IMG/VR virus record: IMGVR_UViG_3300032397_000005
Location: 1-64,000 of that record
Origin: a virus
Reading direction: 5' to 3' (one strand)
DNA length: 64,000 nucleotides
Position numbers and translations under genes: made by a program. The notes under the pieces were generated by a model. It did not search any database. It was given only the letters and a program-made list of their open reading frames with translations, and was not told where the DNA came from. Positions within the stretch are counted from its first letter, which is position 1; each line of letters opens with the position of its first letter. This document shows positions 56,677 to 64,000 of this stretch, piece after piece.

Positions 56677-56912
56677 CCGCTAAGAAGGACCCGCGCGCCG
56701 CAATCCGCGCCGCGCTCGAGGTGGCGATGGCGATCGCGGATGCCATCCGGGAGCTGGGGACGGTCCCGTCGGGCGTGCTCTACGCCCAGGTGGCGTCGGT
56801 CCTGACGCTGGAGGACTTCCTCTGCGTCGTCCGGAACCTGAAGGAGGCGGGCGTCGTCGCGGAGGCGAACCACGTCCTCCGCTGGACCGGACCCGCGTGG
56901 GGTGGCAAGTGA
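56673..56912 (+). CDS. Hypothetical winged-helix-like protein
   Basis: AIRELG.VPSG.LYA...L...G.V....H.L.W.GP. Confidence 0.7.
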   Translation: MTAKKDPRAAIRAALEVAMAIADAIRELGTVPSGVLYAQVASVLTLEDFLCVVRNLKEAGVVAEANHVLRWTGPAWGGK

Positions 56913-57298
56913 CCGCCCGGGTCTCCTGCGCGTCGGACGTCGCCGCGGTCTCCCGCCCGGTCTTCCGTCGCTGGCGGTGGGAGCAGGAGGCGTTCGTGGT
57001 CCTCCTCCTCAACGCGAAGCACGACGTCATCGGGCGCCCGGAGGTCTCGGCGGTCGGGACGGTCACCTCCGTCACGGTCCACCCGCGGGACGTCTTCCGG
57101 GCGGCGGTCCGCCGGAACGCGGCCGCGGTCATCGTCGCGCACTGCCACCCGAGCGGGGACGTGGCGCCCTCCGCGGACGACCTCCTCCTGACCCGGCGCC
57201 TCCGGGAGGCCGGGGAGCTTCTCGGGATCCCGCTCCTGGACCACGTCATCGTCGGCCGGGACGCCCTCCGGTCCCTGGCGGAGACCGGGCAGCTGTGA
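56909..57298 (+). CDS. RadC/UPF0758 JAB-domain protein
   Basis: E.F.VLLLNAK, HPRDVF..A, AHCHPSGD..PS.DD...T..L, LLDHVIVG. Confidence 0.9.
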   Translation: MTARVSCASDVAAVSRPVFRRWRWEQEAFVVLLLNAKHDVIGRPEVSAVGTVTSVTVHPRDVFRAAVRRNAAAVIVAHCHPSGDVAPSADDLLLTRRLREAGELLGIPLLDHVIVGRDALRSLAETGQL

Positions 57299-57386
57299 AA
57301 AAACGCACGCGCCCTCATTTTTCCCTGGACAGATTCTTTCTGCATGGTAAGATGAGAGTATGAGCAAGACGACGGAGAGCAAGATG
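57299..57386 (+). promoter_or_regulatory. Repeated promoter/leader, copy 5
   Basis: TGGACA 57326, TAAGAT 57348, ATG 57360 and 57384. Confidence 0.88.
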
Positions 57387-57539
57387 ACGAAGACGACGAA
57401 GACGGTCCACGTCCTGTCCCTCGGCGGGGAGCCCATCCACTTCGAGACGGCGGCCGCGGCGCGCCGGTTCCTGGACGCCCTCCCGGCCGGGCGACGCTGC
57501 GAGTGCGCCTACCTCGGGACGGTCGAGGTGCCCCGATGA
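57360..57539 (+). CDS. 59-aa hypothetical protein (not in the ORF track)
   Basis: MSKTTESKMTKTTKTVHVLSLGGEPIHF...EVPR*; ATGA overlap with the next ORF. Confidence 0.7.
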   Translation: MSKTTESKMTKTTKTVHVLSLGGEPIHFETAAAARRFLDALPAGRRCECAYLGTVEVPR

Positions 57540-57754
57540 CGCGCCCGGGCCGCTTCGAGGACACGACGATCTACATCTACTTCCGGCAGTTCCGCGTCCG
57601 CTGCGCGGTCACCGGCCGCGTGGAGCACGGGTGCGCGGCGGCCGGGCCGGCCAAGAAGATGCTTCGGGAGCTGGGCTGGGACTACCTCCCGCGCCAGGGC
57701 TGGGTGAGCCCGGAGGGTCTCGAGACGCTGAGGAAGGAGAGCACCAATGGCTAG
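57536..57754 (+). CDS. Hypothetical protein
   Basis: GAGGTG RBS; translationally coupled. Confidence 0.6.
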   Translation: MTRPGRFEDTTIYIYFRQFRVRCAVTGRVEHGCAAAGPAKKMLRELGWDYLPRQGWVSPEGLETLRKESTNG

Positions 57755-58007
57755 GTTCAACGAGGGCGCGATGGCGGAGCTGCTGGCGGAGGTCCTCGGG
57801 ACGCCGGAGGCGGCGGAGCTGGTGGAGGAGATCCTCGGCGCGCAGGCGGCGGTCTCCTCCACCTCCTTCCGGGAGGCGGGCGTCCTGACCAACAACGCGG
57901 GCCTGGTCGTTCGCGTCGGCCGCCGGGAGTTCCAGCTCACGGTGGTCGAGAGCACGCCCTCCTACCTCCGGGAGGACGACGGGGAGGATGACGATGACGA
58001 TGAGTAG
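57747..58007 (+). CDS. Hypothetical protein with an acidic tail
   Basis: TSFREAGVLTNNAGLVV....EFQLTVV motif; AGGAG RBS. Confidence 0.7.
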   Translation: MARFNEGAMAELLAEVLGTPEAAELVEEILGAQAAVSSTSFREAGVLTNNAGLVVRVGRREFQLTVVESTPSYLREDDGEDDDDDE

Positions 58008-58272
58008 GCGCAGGCGGTTCCGCCCGGAGGGTCTCCTCCGCGTCCGCGTCCTCCAGGGCGCGCGCGGCTTCATCCAGAAGTTCCTCGAGCACGAGCTTTG
58101 GTACGGGGGAGCGGAGGAGCAGGGCTTCGCGGACGGCTCGACGGTCTGGCAGGTCTACTTCTGGACGCGGCTCGAGGCGGCGGACGTTCAGGAGCGGATC
58201 TGGGCGCAGAACGGCGGCGGCTGGTGTGAGGTCGTCGAGGTGGACCCGGAGACCGGGGAGGTGGCGCGGTGA
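58000..58272 (+). CDS. Hypothetical protein (paralogue of 60634-60900)
   Basis: Shared G(F/Y)A(D/E)GST.WQVY...QE.IWA.NGGGWCEV.E. Confidence 0.75.
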   Translation: MSRRRRFRPEGLLRVRVLQGARGFIQKFLEHELWYGGAEEQGFADGSTVWQVYFWTRLEAADVQERIWAQNGGGWCEVVEVDPETGEVAR

Positions 58273-58511
58273 GAGGTCGCGACCGGATCCCCTTCGAGCG
58301 GAGCGCTGACCTCCGTCTCCTCCTCCCCGGGGGCTGGGAGGCGTTCGCGCTCCCGCGGACCGAGTTGGCGGCGCTCGAGGAGACCTTCGGAGCCGGGGCG
58401 GGTCCGTGGATAGGTCAACAGGCGGAGGCATTCGGAGGCGGTGAAAAAAACGCACTGAGTTCATCTTTTCCTATGGACAGATTCTTTCTGTATGGTAAGA
58501 TGAGAGTATGA
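58269..58511 (+). CDS. Hypothetical protein reading into promoter copy 6
   Basis: GAGGTG RBS; GTGA overlap; C-terminus encoded by the repeat. Confidence 0.45.
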   Translation: MRGRDRIPFERSADLRLLLPGGWEAFALPRTELAALEETFGAGAGPWIGQQAEAFGGGEKNALSSSFPMDRFFLYGKMRV

Positions 58512-58534
58512 ACAAGACGACGGAGAGCAAGATG
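58444..58534 (+). promoter_or_regulatory. Repeated promoter/leader, copy 6
   Basis: TGGACA 58474, TAAGAT 58496, ATG 58508 and 58532. Confidence 0.88.
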
Positions 58535-58714
58535 AACCGGATCGAGATCGTCTCCTCCCGCAGCGCCAACACCGTCTCCATCGTTGACGGCCTGACGGTC
58601 GTCAACATCATCCGGTTCCCCTCCGGGAATTTCTTCAAGACGTCCACCAAGTGCGCGTCCGTCGAGCGGGCGCGCGCGCTGGCCGCCTCCCTGGCGGCGG
58701 AGGAGGTGCTCTAG
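58508..58714 (+). CDS. Hypothetical protein (MNKTTESKM leader)
   Basis: Follows the repeat. Confidence 0.7.
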   Translation: MNKTTESKMNRIEIVSSRSANTVSIVDGLTVVNIIRFPSGNFFKTSTKCASVERARALAASLAAEEVL

Positions 58715-58947
58715 TGGGGACCGCGCGCGTGAACTTCACCCTCCCCTCCTACCCGGGCGGGGAGGCGCGGCTGGACGAGATCGCGCACCGGCTGGTGGAG
58801 GACCTCCCGGCGCACATGCGGCGCGGCGCGGTCCTGGTGGTGGCTCAGGACTGGGACGGGCGGACGATCTGCTGGACCTCCCTCCGCTGCGGGGAGAGCC
58901 GGCCCAACCACCTGGCGTGGGCGCCCGCGTCCATGCCCTGGGAGTAG
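58714..58947 (+). CDS. Hypothetical protein
   Basis: GGAGGTG RBS; TAGTG coupling. Confidence 0.6.
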   Translation: MGTARVNFTLPSYPGGEARLDEIAHRLVEDLPAHMRRGAVLVVAQDWDGRTICWTSLRCGESRPNHLAWAPASMPWE

Positions 58948-58956
58948 GAGAGGACG

Positions 58957-59268
58957 ATGAAGGTCTCCCTGGAGTGCACGAGCCTGGCCGCCCTGGCGGC
59001 CGCCCTGACGGACCGGATGCTGAAGCACGCGGACTACGCGGCGGAGATGTGCGCGGACGGCGACGAGCCCGGGGACGCGGCGCGCTGGATCGCCTTCGCG
59101 CGGCTCCTCCGCCGCGGCGGGTCGGTGGAGGTCAACGCCTCCCTCGAGGCGGCGCTCGACTGCCTCATCGTCGAGCAGGAGACCCTCCCGCCCTGTCCCC
59201 GCTGCGGCGGGCAGCGGGACCGGGACCCGGGCGGGGAGGTCTACTGCACCGAGTGTCACCCGGGGTAG
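58957..59268 (+). CDS. Hypothetical protein with a C-terminal Zn ribbon
   Basis: CPRC...CTECH; GGAGAGG RBS. Confidence 0.65.
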   Translation: MKVSLECTSLAALAAALTDRMLKHADYAAEMCADGDEPGDAARWIAFARLLRRGGSVEVNASLEAALDCLIVEQETLPPCPRCGGQRDRDPGGEVYCTECHPG

Positions 59269-59356
59269 AAAAGCGCACGCGGCTCATCTTTTCTCTGGAC
59301 ATATTCTTTCTGCATGGTAAGATGAGAGTATGAGCAAGACGACGGAGAGCAAGATG
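59269..59356 (+). promoter_or_regulatory. Repeated promoter/leader, copy 7
   Basis: TGGACA 59296, TAAGAT 59318, ATG 59330 and 59354. Confidence 0.88.
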
Positions 59357-59524
59357 AAGACCGCCACCGAGTACGGGATCCGCTGGTTCGAGTTCGACCG
59401 GAGCGACCGCCGGGTCCAGCGGGAGAAGTTCTTCAAGACGGAGAAGGCGCGCGCAGCCTTCGCGGCGCGGCTGGAGACCAAGGACAACTTCGCGGGTGAC
59501 TTCACCTGGAGCGAGGAGGCGTAG
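59330..59524 (+). CDS. Hypothetical protein (MSKTTESKM leader)
   Basis: YGIRW.EFD...R.Q.EKFFKT..AR.AF. Confidence 0.7.
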   Translation: MSKTTESKMKTATEYGIRWFEFDRSDRRVQREKFFKTEKARAAFAARLETKDNFAGDFTWSEEA

Positions 59525-59812
59525 ATGGCCAGCAAACGGAAGAAGGCGGCGCCGGAGTACCTCCCGCCGGCGGAGCGGATCCTGGCGGCGAAGTTCCTGG
59601 CGACCTCGAACCTGGGGCAGCCGGAGCCGCGGAGCGCGGACCCGTTGGCGAGCAGCTGGTGGACGGGCGCCCGTCCACGGTCCGTGGGCGGAGATGTGCG
59701 TCTCCTGCCACGCGCGCGTTGGGCTCGGTTTTGGGCTCGGGCGGGGTCAACTCTACCAGTTGGCTCCGGACGGAACCTGGGTGAAGGTGCGGCGAACGTG
59801 AGGGATCCCTAG
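59525..59812 (+). pseudogene. Probable chimeric/frameshifted gene
   Basis: N-terminus is paralogous to 60890-61171; the downstream DGR / VHGPWAEMCVSCH...GLGFGLGRGQLY motif lies in other frames. Confidence 0.5.
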
Positions 59813-59831
59813 GTGTTGGGAGGGCGCGAAT

Positions 59832-59936
59832 AAAAAGCGCATGAGCTTATCTTTTTCCCCTGGACATATTGTTTCTATCTGGTAAGATGATAATATGAGA
59901 ACCGAGAGAGAAACCCAGACCAAGGAGACGAAGATG
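59832..59936 (+). promoter_or_regulatory. Repeated promoter/leader, copy 8
   Basis: TGGACA 59861, TAAGAT 59883, ATG 59895 and 59934. Confidence 0.85.
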
Positions 59937-60302
59937 AACTCCCAGACCGTGACCTTCCCCGTCCGTTCCATCCCACTGACCATCAGCGCCAGCGCGGCGG
60001 CGGCGCTCCTGAACGTCTCCACGGACTTCGAGCTGGTGGTGAGGTTCCTGGGCTACGGCTCGGACTACTCCCGCCTGATGACGGGTGCCGAGAAGGACGT
60101 CGTTCGCTACCTGGCGGACGGCTTCGGGACCCTCACCGCGGCGGACGCGGTGGAGACGGACGAGCACCAGGACCTCCTCCGCGACTGGAGCCACGTCCGC
60201 GACTCCTCGCCGGAGGCGGTGGCGAACATGGCGGCGGCCATCCGCGCCTTCTTCGCGGCGCACACGGTCCAGGATGAGGAGACCTTCCTGAGCGGTTACT
60301 AG
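59895..60302 (+). CDS. Hypothetical protein
   Basis: Follows the repeat; followed by a hairpin at 60310-60336. Confidence 0.7.
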   Translation: MRTERETQTKETKMNSQTVTFPVRSIPLTISASAAAALLNVSTDFELVVRFLGYGSDYSRLMTGAEKDVVRYLADGFGTLTAADAVETDEHQDLLRDWSHVRDSSPEAVANMAAAIRAFFAAHTVQDEETFLSGY

Positions 60303-60353
60303 AGACGTCGACCCTGGGGGAGCTCCTCCCGGGGTCTTGGGAGGAGGTGCGCG

Positions 60354-60572
60354 ATGCTGATTGAGGCGACGGATCCGCGGGAGGCGGCGCTGGGGATCCT
60401 CCGTCGGGACTTGACGGGGGACGCGCGGGGGGCGCTGGCGTACCTCCTGAACAACGCCCTCTGCCCGCTGGTCTGCGATCTCTCGTTCGACGACGCGGCG
60501 CTCAACCTGGGGTACGTCCGGGACGCGGTCATGCAGCTCCGGGCGATGGTTCTGGAGATCGTTTCTGGGTGA
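60354..60572 (+). CDS. Hypothetical protein
   Basis: GGAGGAGGTG RBS. Confidence 0.65.
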   Translation: MLIEATDPREAALGILRRDLTGDARGALAYLLNNALCPLVCDLSFDDAALNLGYVRDAVMQLRAMVLEIVSG

Positions 60573-60636
60573 TAAAAACGCCTCCCCCCACTTTTCCCCT
60601 GGACATATTGTTTTTATCTGGTAAGATGATAATATG
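60573..60636 (+). promoter_or_regulatory. Repeated promoter, copy 9
   Basis: TGGACA 60600, TAAGAT 60622, ATG 60634. Confidence 0.85.
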
Positions 60637-60900
60637 AGAACAAAGAAAGCAACCAAGAAGCTCCTCAGGATTCGGATGGGTCAGGCGTTCCGCGGGTTCC
60701 TGCTGGGCGTTTGCCAGGAACTCCGGCTCGAGGTGGAGTCCACGGGGTACGCGGAGGGGTCGACGGCGTGGCAGGTCTACGTGCGGACGGAGATCCCGGC
60801 GGACGTGATTCAGGAGACGATCTGGGCGCGCAACGGCGGCGGGTGGTGCGAGGTCAATGAGATCAACGGTCAGGACAACGGAGGGAGAGATGTCAAGTAA
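60634..60900 (+). CDS. Hypothetical protein (paralogue of 58000-58272), probably leaderless
   Basis: Shared motif with 58000-58272. Confidence 0.75.
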   Translation: MRTKKATKKLLRIRMGQAFRGFLLGVCQELRLEVESTGYAEGSTAWQVYVRTEIPADVIQETIWARNGGGWCEVNEINGQDNGGRDVK

Positions 60901-61171
60901 GAAGAGAGCGAAGCAGCCGGTCTTTATCCCGGAGGCGGAGCGGGACCTGGCGGCAAAGTGGTTGGCCACCTCGAACCTGGGGCAGCCGGAGGCAGAGACG
61001 GCGGACCCAGAGGCAATTTTGCGCGCATGGGAGGCGTGCGTCCGGGCGCACGGGGACGAGGGGATCGACGTGATGCCGGAGTTCAGGGGTTGGAAGCGGG
61101 ACATTGCGGCGGGTGACGCCTTCTGCGCGGAGGAGTGGGGGAAGTTCAAGGCTCAGAAGGAGGTGCGTTGA
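60890..61171 (+). CDS. Hypothetical protein
   Basis: AER.LAAK.LATSNLGQPE is shared with the 59525 ORF. Confidence 0.7.
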   Translation: MSSKKRAKQPVFIPEAERDLAAKWLATSNLGQPEAETADPEAILRAWEACVRAHGDEGIDVMPEFRGWKRDIAAGDAFCAEEWGKFKAQKEVR

Positions 61172-61411
61172 TGGATCACGCGGCGGTTGTGAGGGCGGCG
61201 ATGATGTGGTGCGCGGAGCTCCTTGAGGCGGCGCTCGAGGGCCTGGTGACCCGGAGGCGAGGGAGGTCTTTCTGGCGGACGCTACGGGTCTGCGGGACCG
61301 CCAGGAGGTGGTCTTTGTGACGTACCTCATTCGGCACCAGATCTGCGAGCTCCGTGCCCGGGCGGATGTGATGGGGAAGAAGGTTTGACGGGTACCTCCT
61401 GATACGTGAAG

Positions 61412-61500
61412 AAAACGTCACCTCCCCTCATTTTTCCTCTGGACAAATTGTTTCTATCTGGTAAGATGATAATATGAGAACCACGAAGGAGACGCAGATG
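61412..61500 (+). promoter_or_regulatory. Repeated promoter/leader, copy 10
   Basis: TGGACA 61440, TAAGAT 61462, ATG 61474 and 61498. Confidence 0.88.
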
Positions 61501-61692
61501 ACGAAGACGATGAAGGCGGTTCGGAAGTTCACGGCGGGCCTGGCGGTTGGGCGCTCTGACCTCAACCGGAACGGTTACGCCTGGATGGCGCGGAACGTGG
61601 CGACGCTCATCCGCCTCACCAAGGACGAGCCCAACTGGCTCCGCGGTTACCGCGCGGCGCTCGAGGACGCGCAGGACGGGGAGGTGCTTTGA
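61474..61692 (+). CDS. Hypothetical protein
   Basis: Follows the repeat. Confidence 0.7.
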   Translation: MRTTKETQMTKTMKAVRKFTAGLAVGRSDLNRNGYAWMARNVATLIRLTKDEPNWLRGYRAALEDAQDGEVL

Positions 61693-61910
61693 TGCGGAAG
61701 AAGGGCGTGCGTGGCAGCGTGGTCTCCGCGCTGCGGCTCCTGCGGGACGCGCGGCTCCTCCTCCGCGGGGAGGTGGAGGCGGGTGAGTGGGGGGACGCGG
61801 ACGCAATCGAGCTCTCCCAGCGCCTCGCGGAGGTGACCGCGGAGACGCTCACGCTGCGGCGGGAGCTGGCGTCCTGGTTCCTATTTGTCCGTCCGGCGGA
61901 CATTGACTGA
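61692..61910 (+). CDS. Hypothetical protein
   Basis: GGAGGTG RBS; TGATG coupling. Confidence 0.6.
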   Translation: MRKKGVRGSVVSALRLLRDARLLLRGEVEAGEWGDADAIELSQRLAEVTAETLTLRRELASWFLFVRPADID

Positions 61911-61953
61911 TGCGCCTATATGTAGGCGCCTGACACTTTGGAGGAGGTGAAGG

Positions 61954-62208
61954 ATGAGTGAAGTCATGTTTAAACGCGGGGACCCGGTGGAGGTCATGAT
62001 CGGCGGCGCGTGGAGGGCGGGTCGAGTTGCTTACGCGAGGATGCTTGGTCCGGAGTACAGGAGGGTCGCCGCCTACTCCGTCGTGCTGCATGATCTCGAG
62101 CTGAAGCCGGGTTATATGGGGACAAACATCGTGTCCGTGTGCTGCTCAGGCGTGATGGTGTCCGTGGAGTTCGTTCGCGCGGTGACGATTGACGGAGGGT
62201 TGAAATGA
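61954..62208 (+). CDS. Hypothetical SH3/Tudor-like protein
   Basis: FKRGD.VEV...G.W..G.V...YSV; strong RBS. Confidence 0.6.
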   Translation: MSEVMFKRGDPVEVMIGGAWRAGRVAYARMLGPEYRRVAAYSVVLHDLELKPGYMGTNIVSVCCSGVMVSVEFVRAVTIDGGLK

Positions 62209-63197
62209 GAAGAATGGTGCTTGCGCTGCTCCTCCTCCCCTCACTGAACGCGGTGGGGGATCCGCTGGTTCTTCCGCGGGACTTCCGGGTACGCTGCTTC
62301 CCGAGGAACCTGAGGTTCAAGCCGGATTGCCTGGTGCCATGCGAGCGTGCAGGGCGGGAGGGACGGGCACTGGACGAGGTCCTCCCCCTGGATGCCCTCC
62401 TGACCGCGGGAACCGGGTCCCACGCCACGGAGACCTTCGCGGCGGTGTGTTCATCTAGGTGGCAGGAGCTCATCCCTCAGGAGGCGCTGGCGCGTCTGAG
62501 TCGATGCAACCCGCGGCGGGACGTGATCCAGTACGCCCTCGAGCTCCGCCTGACGCACCTCCGGAAGACGCGGGGTAAGGTCCCAAACTACGTCGCCCCG
62601 GATCTCGACGGGACGCCACCGGTGGTCAAGGGCTCGATGGCGGCAAGTAAGCGGGCTTACATCAACAGACACCTCGCGCTCCTGGCCGGGGTCCTAGACT
62701 GTCCCCTCATCTCGGACGCGGAGGGCGTGCGGACCGTTGCCCTGGAGCTCCGGGACCGCGCGAGGGAGAAGTTAGTGGCGATTGAGCGGGAGGCGGCGGA
62801 GGAGGTGGAACGCGCGACCAGGCGGGCGGAGTCGATCGCGCGGATCCGGGCGGAGCTGGCTCCCCTCCTCCGGGGGGCGGTGGGTTGCCCGCGGTGCTCG
62901 GTCGACGCCGTCTGGGAGGCGCATGAGTACGCGGAGGCGATCTGCGGAGCGATCCAGAGTAGAGCGGAGGCGGTTGCGGAGCTCGCCAGGCTCCGGCGCT
63001 ACGGCGCTCGCCACGGCGTGGTGGACCTCTCGGACCTCAAGGACCAGTCAGACGCCATCCGGGAGGCGGAAGACAGCATCCGCGGGAATCGGAGCGAGTT
63101 CCTCAGGGTGACCAAGCGGGTGTTCAGTCCGGGTTGCTGCCGGAACCTCCCGAATGTTGCGGAGCGGCTCGAGGCGGCGTCCAACAAGGTCAGGTAG
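62205..63197 (+). CDS. Putative exported Cys-containing protein
   Basis: MRRMVLALLLLPSLNA signal peptide; several Cys; coiled coil. Confidence 0.6.
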   Translation: MRRMVLALLLLPSLNAVGDPLVLPRDFRVRCFPRNLRFKPDCLVPCERAGREGRALDEVLPLDALLTAGTGSHATETFAAVCSSRWQELIPQEALARLSRCNPRRDVIQYALELRLTHLRKTRGKVPNYVAPDLDGTPPVVKGSMAASKRAYINRHLALLAGVLDCPLISDAEGVRTVALELRDRAREKLVAIEREAAEEVERATRRAESIARIRAELAPLLRGAVGCPRCSVDAVWEAHEYAEAICGAIQSRAEAVAELARLRRYGARHGVVDLSDLKDQSDAIREAEDSIRGNRSEFLRVTKRVFSPGCCRNLPNVAERLEAASNKVR

Positions 63198-63945
63198 GCG
63201 CGAGCTGCTTGACGCGCGGCGCGCGCGGTTCCGCGGGGATTGGTTCTTGCTTATATGTAGGCAACTGGAGTGACGCGTCAATCACCTTCCCACCCTCCTC
63301 CACCGGTTGCGTGATGCGGCGGAGGACGGCGCCAACCGTTCCCTGGAGGCGTTTCTGGGGATCCGCTAGGTATGCCTGGAGACCGGTCACCTCCTTTGAT
63401 AGGTGAACCTGGAGCTCGGAGATGGACATCGAGCGGATGTCCACGTGCCCGTGGATCTGGAGCTCCCGGGCGGCGCGCTTGATGACCCCCAGCTCCTGCC
63501 CGACCTTGATGATCTGCTCCAGGATGCTGGACCGGGCCTTGATCGCGGTGGTGAGTGCGGCAAACTGCTTCGACCCGCGGAAGATCTCCGCCATGTCCTG
63601 CAGTTCCTTACAGCAGAGCATCTGCTGCTCCCGGTACTCCGCAAACAGCAGCGTGGAGTCCGCGGAGTCCCACATGCGCCGGTATTCGTCTCGGCTCGTG
63701 CGCTCCACGCTCATCAGGCGCTGCAGGCTCCAGCCGGTTTCCTGGAGGATCTGGTCACGAGACCACATCAAGGAAATACAGGCTCTGTACTGAGTGATGT
63801 CGCGTCTATCTCGGCGGATCTCCTGTGATTCCGTTAGGTCTTGGATACCAAACTTGGCTAGGTTCCTAGTTCTGGCCTTGGCGCCTGCGCACCCGGACGC
63901 GACGTCCGAGAGTTCGAGTTCCTTGGCGTTTGAGTGCTGTGACAT
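63190..63945 (-). CDS. Possible terminase small subunit-like protein
   Basis: HTH-like N-terminal part, helical core, ...GQELGVI...ELQIHGHVDIRSMS..EL tail; GGAGGAGG RBS; TGC-TAAGAT -10 box at 63964-63972. Confidence 0.4.
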   Translation of the reverse strand: MSQHSNAKELELSDVASGCAGAKARTRNLAKFGIQDLTESQEIRRDRRDITQYRACISLMWSRDQILQETGWSLQRLMSVERTSRDEYRRMWDSADSTLLFAEYREQQMLCCKELQDMAEIFRGSKQFAALTTAIKARSSILEQIIKVGQELGVIKRAARELQIHGHVDIRSMSISELQVHLSKEVTGLQAYLADPQKRLQGTVGAVLRRITQPVEEGGKVIDASLQLPTYKQEPIPAEPRAPRVKQLAPT

Positions 63946-64000
63946 CCGCTCCCTCCTCCCCCCATCTTAGCAACTGTTCCGGTTGCGGACTAGGGTTCTC

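Noticed and set aside
55715-61500. Promoter repeats as a CRISPR array or integron attC sites
   Set aside because: The intervening DNA is 0.5-1.15 kb of genes, the repeats lack attC inverted R/L boxes, and no tyrosine integron integrase is present.
1-64000. tRNA genes, diversity-generating retroelement, retron, alternative genetic code
   Set aside because: No cloverleaf with T/D-loop consensus was noticed, there is no reverse transcriptase, and genes are intact under the standard code with all three stop codons in use.

Overview
This window is about 64 kb of a high-GC tailed dsDNA bacteriophage or prophage genome, almost all encoded on the + strand. No rRNA, tRNA or CRISPR array is recognisable, and no capsid, portal or large terminase gene is recognisable here. 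Gene order: (1) end of the tail/baseplate/fibre module and putative lysis genes (1-8.6 kb); (2) small accessory genes, including a stand-alone MshEN-like protein, an HExxH peptidase, an SF2 helicase and a KTSC protein; (3) a lambda-O-like initiator with internal iteron-like repeats, followed by a DnaC-like loader, DnaB and primase; (4) a UvrD-like helicase and a serine recombinase, each behind a repeated promoter; (5) a sigma-like protein with a C2H2 finger, then a tightly coupled nucleotide operon (flavoprotein, all-alpha NTP pyrophosphatase-HAD fusion, divergent ThyX paralogue, dNMP kinase, UDG-like protein) directly upstream of a family B polymerase with a LAGLIDADG intein; (6) SSB-like protein, RecA, split SbcD, SbcC, DNA methyltransferase and RuvC; (7) amidase endolysin, class II RNR, C1 protease, dCMP deaminase, canonical ThyX, 5'-3' exonuclease and GIY-YIG nuclease; (8) a largely non-coding repeat/palindrome region at about 54.0-54.9 kb, then an array of small-gene cassettes (55.7-61.9 kb) each opened by the same TGGACA-N16-TAAGAT-N6-ATG element. 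The two strongest candidates for undescribed biology are a putative DNA base-substitution pathway built around the degenerate ThyX paralogue, and the promoter-repeat cassette array with leaderless plus in-frame SD-led dual starts. All functional calls come from motif recognition by eye; no database search was run.
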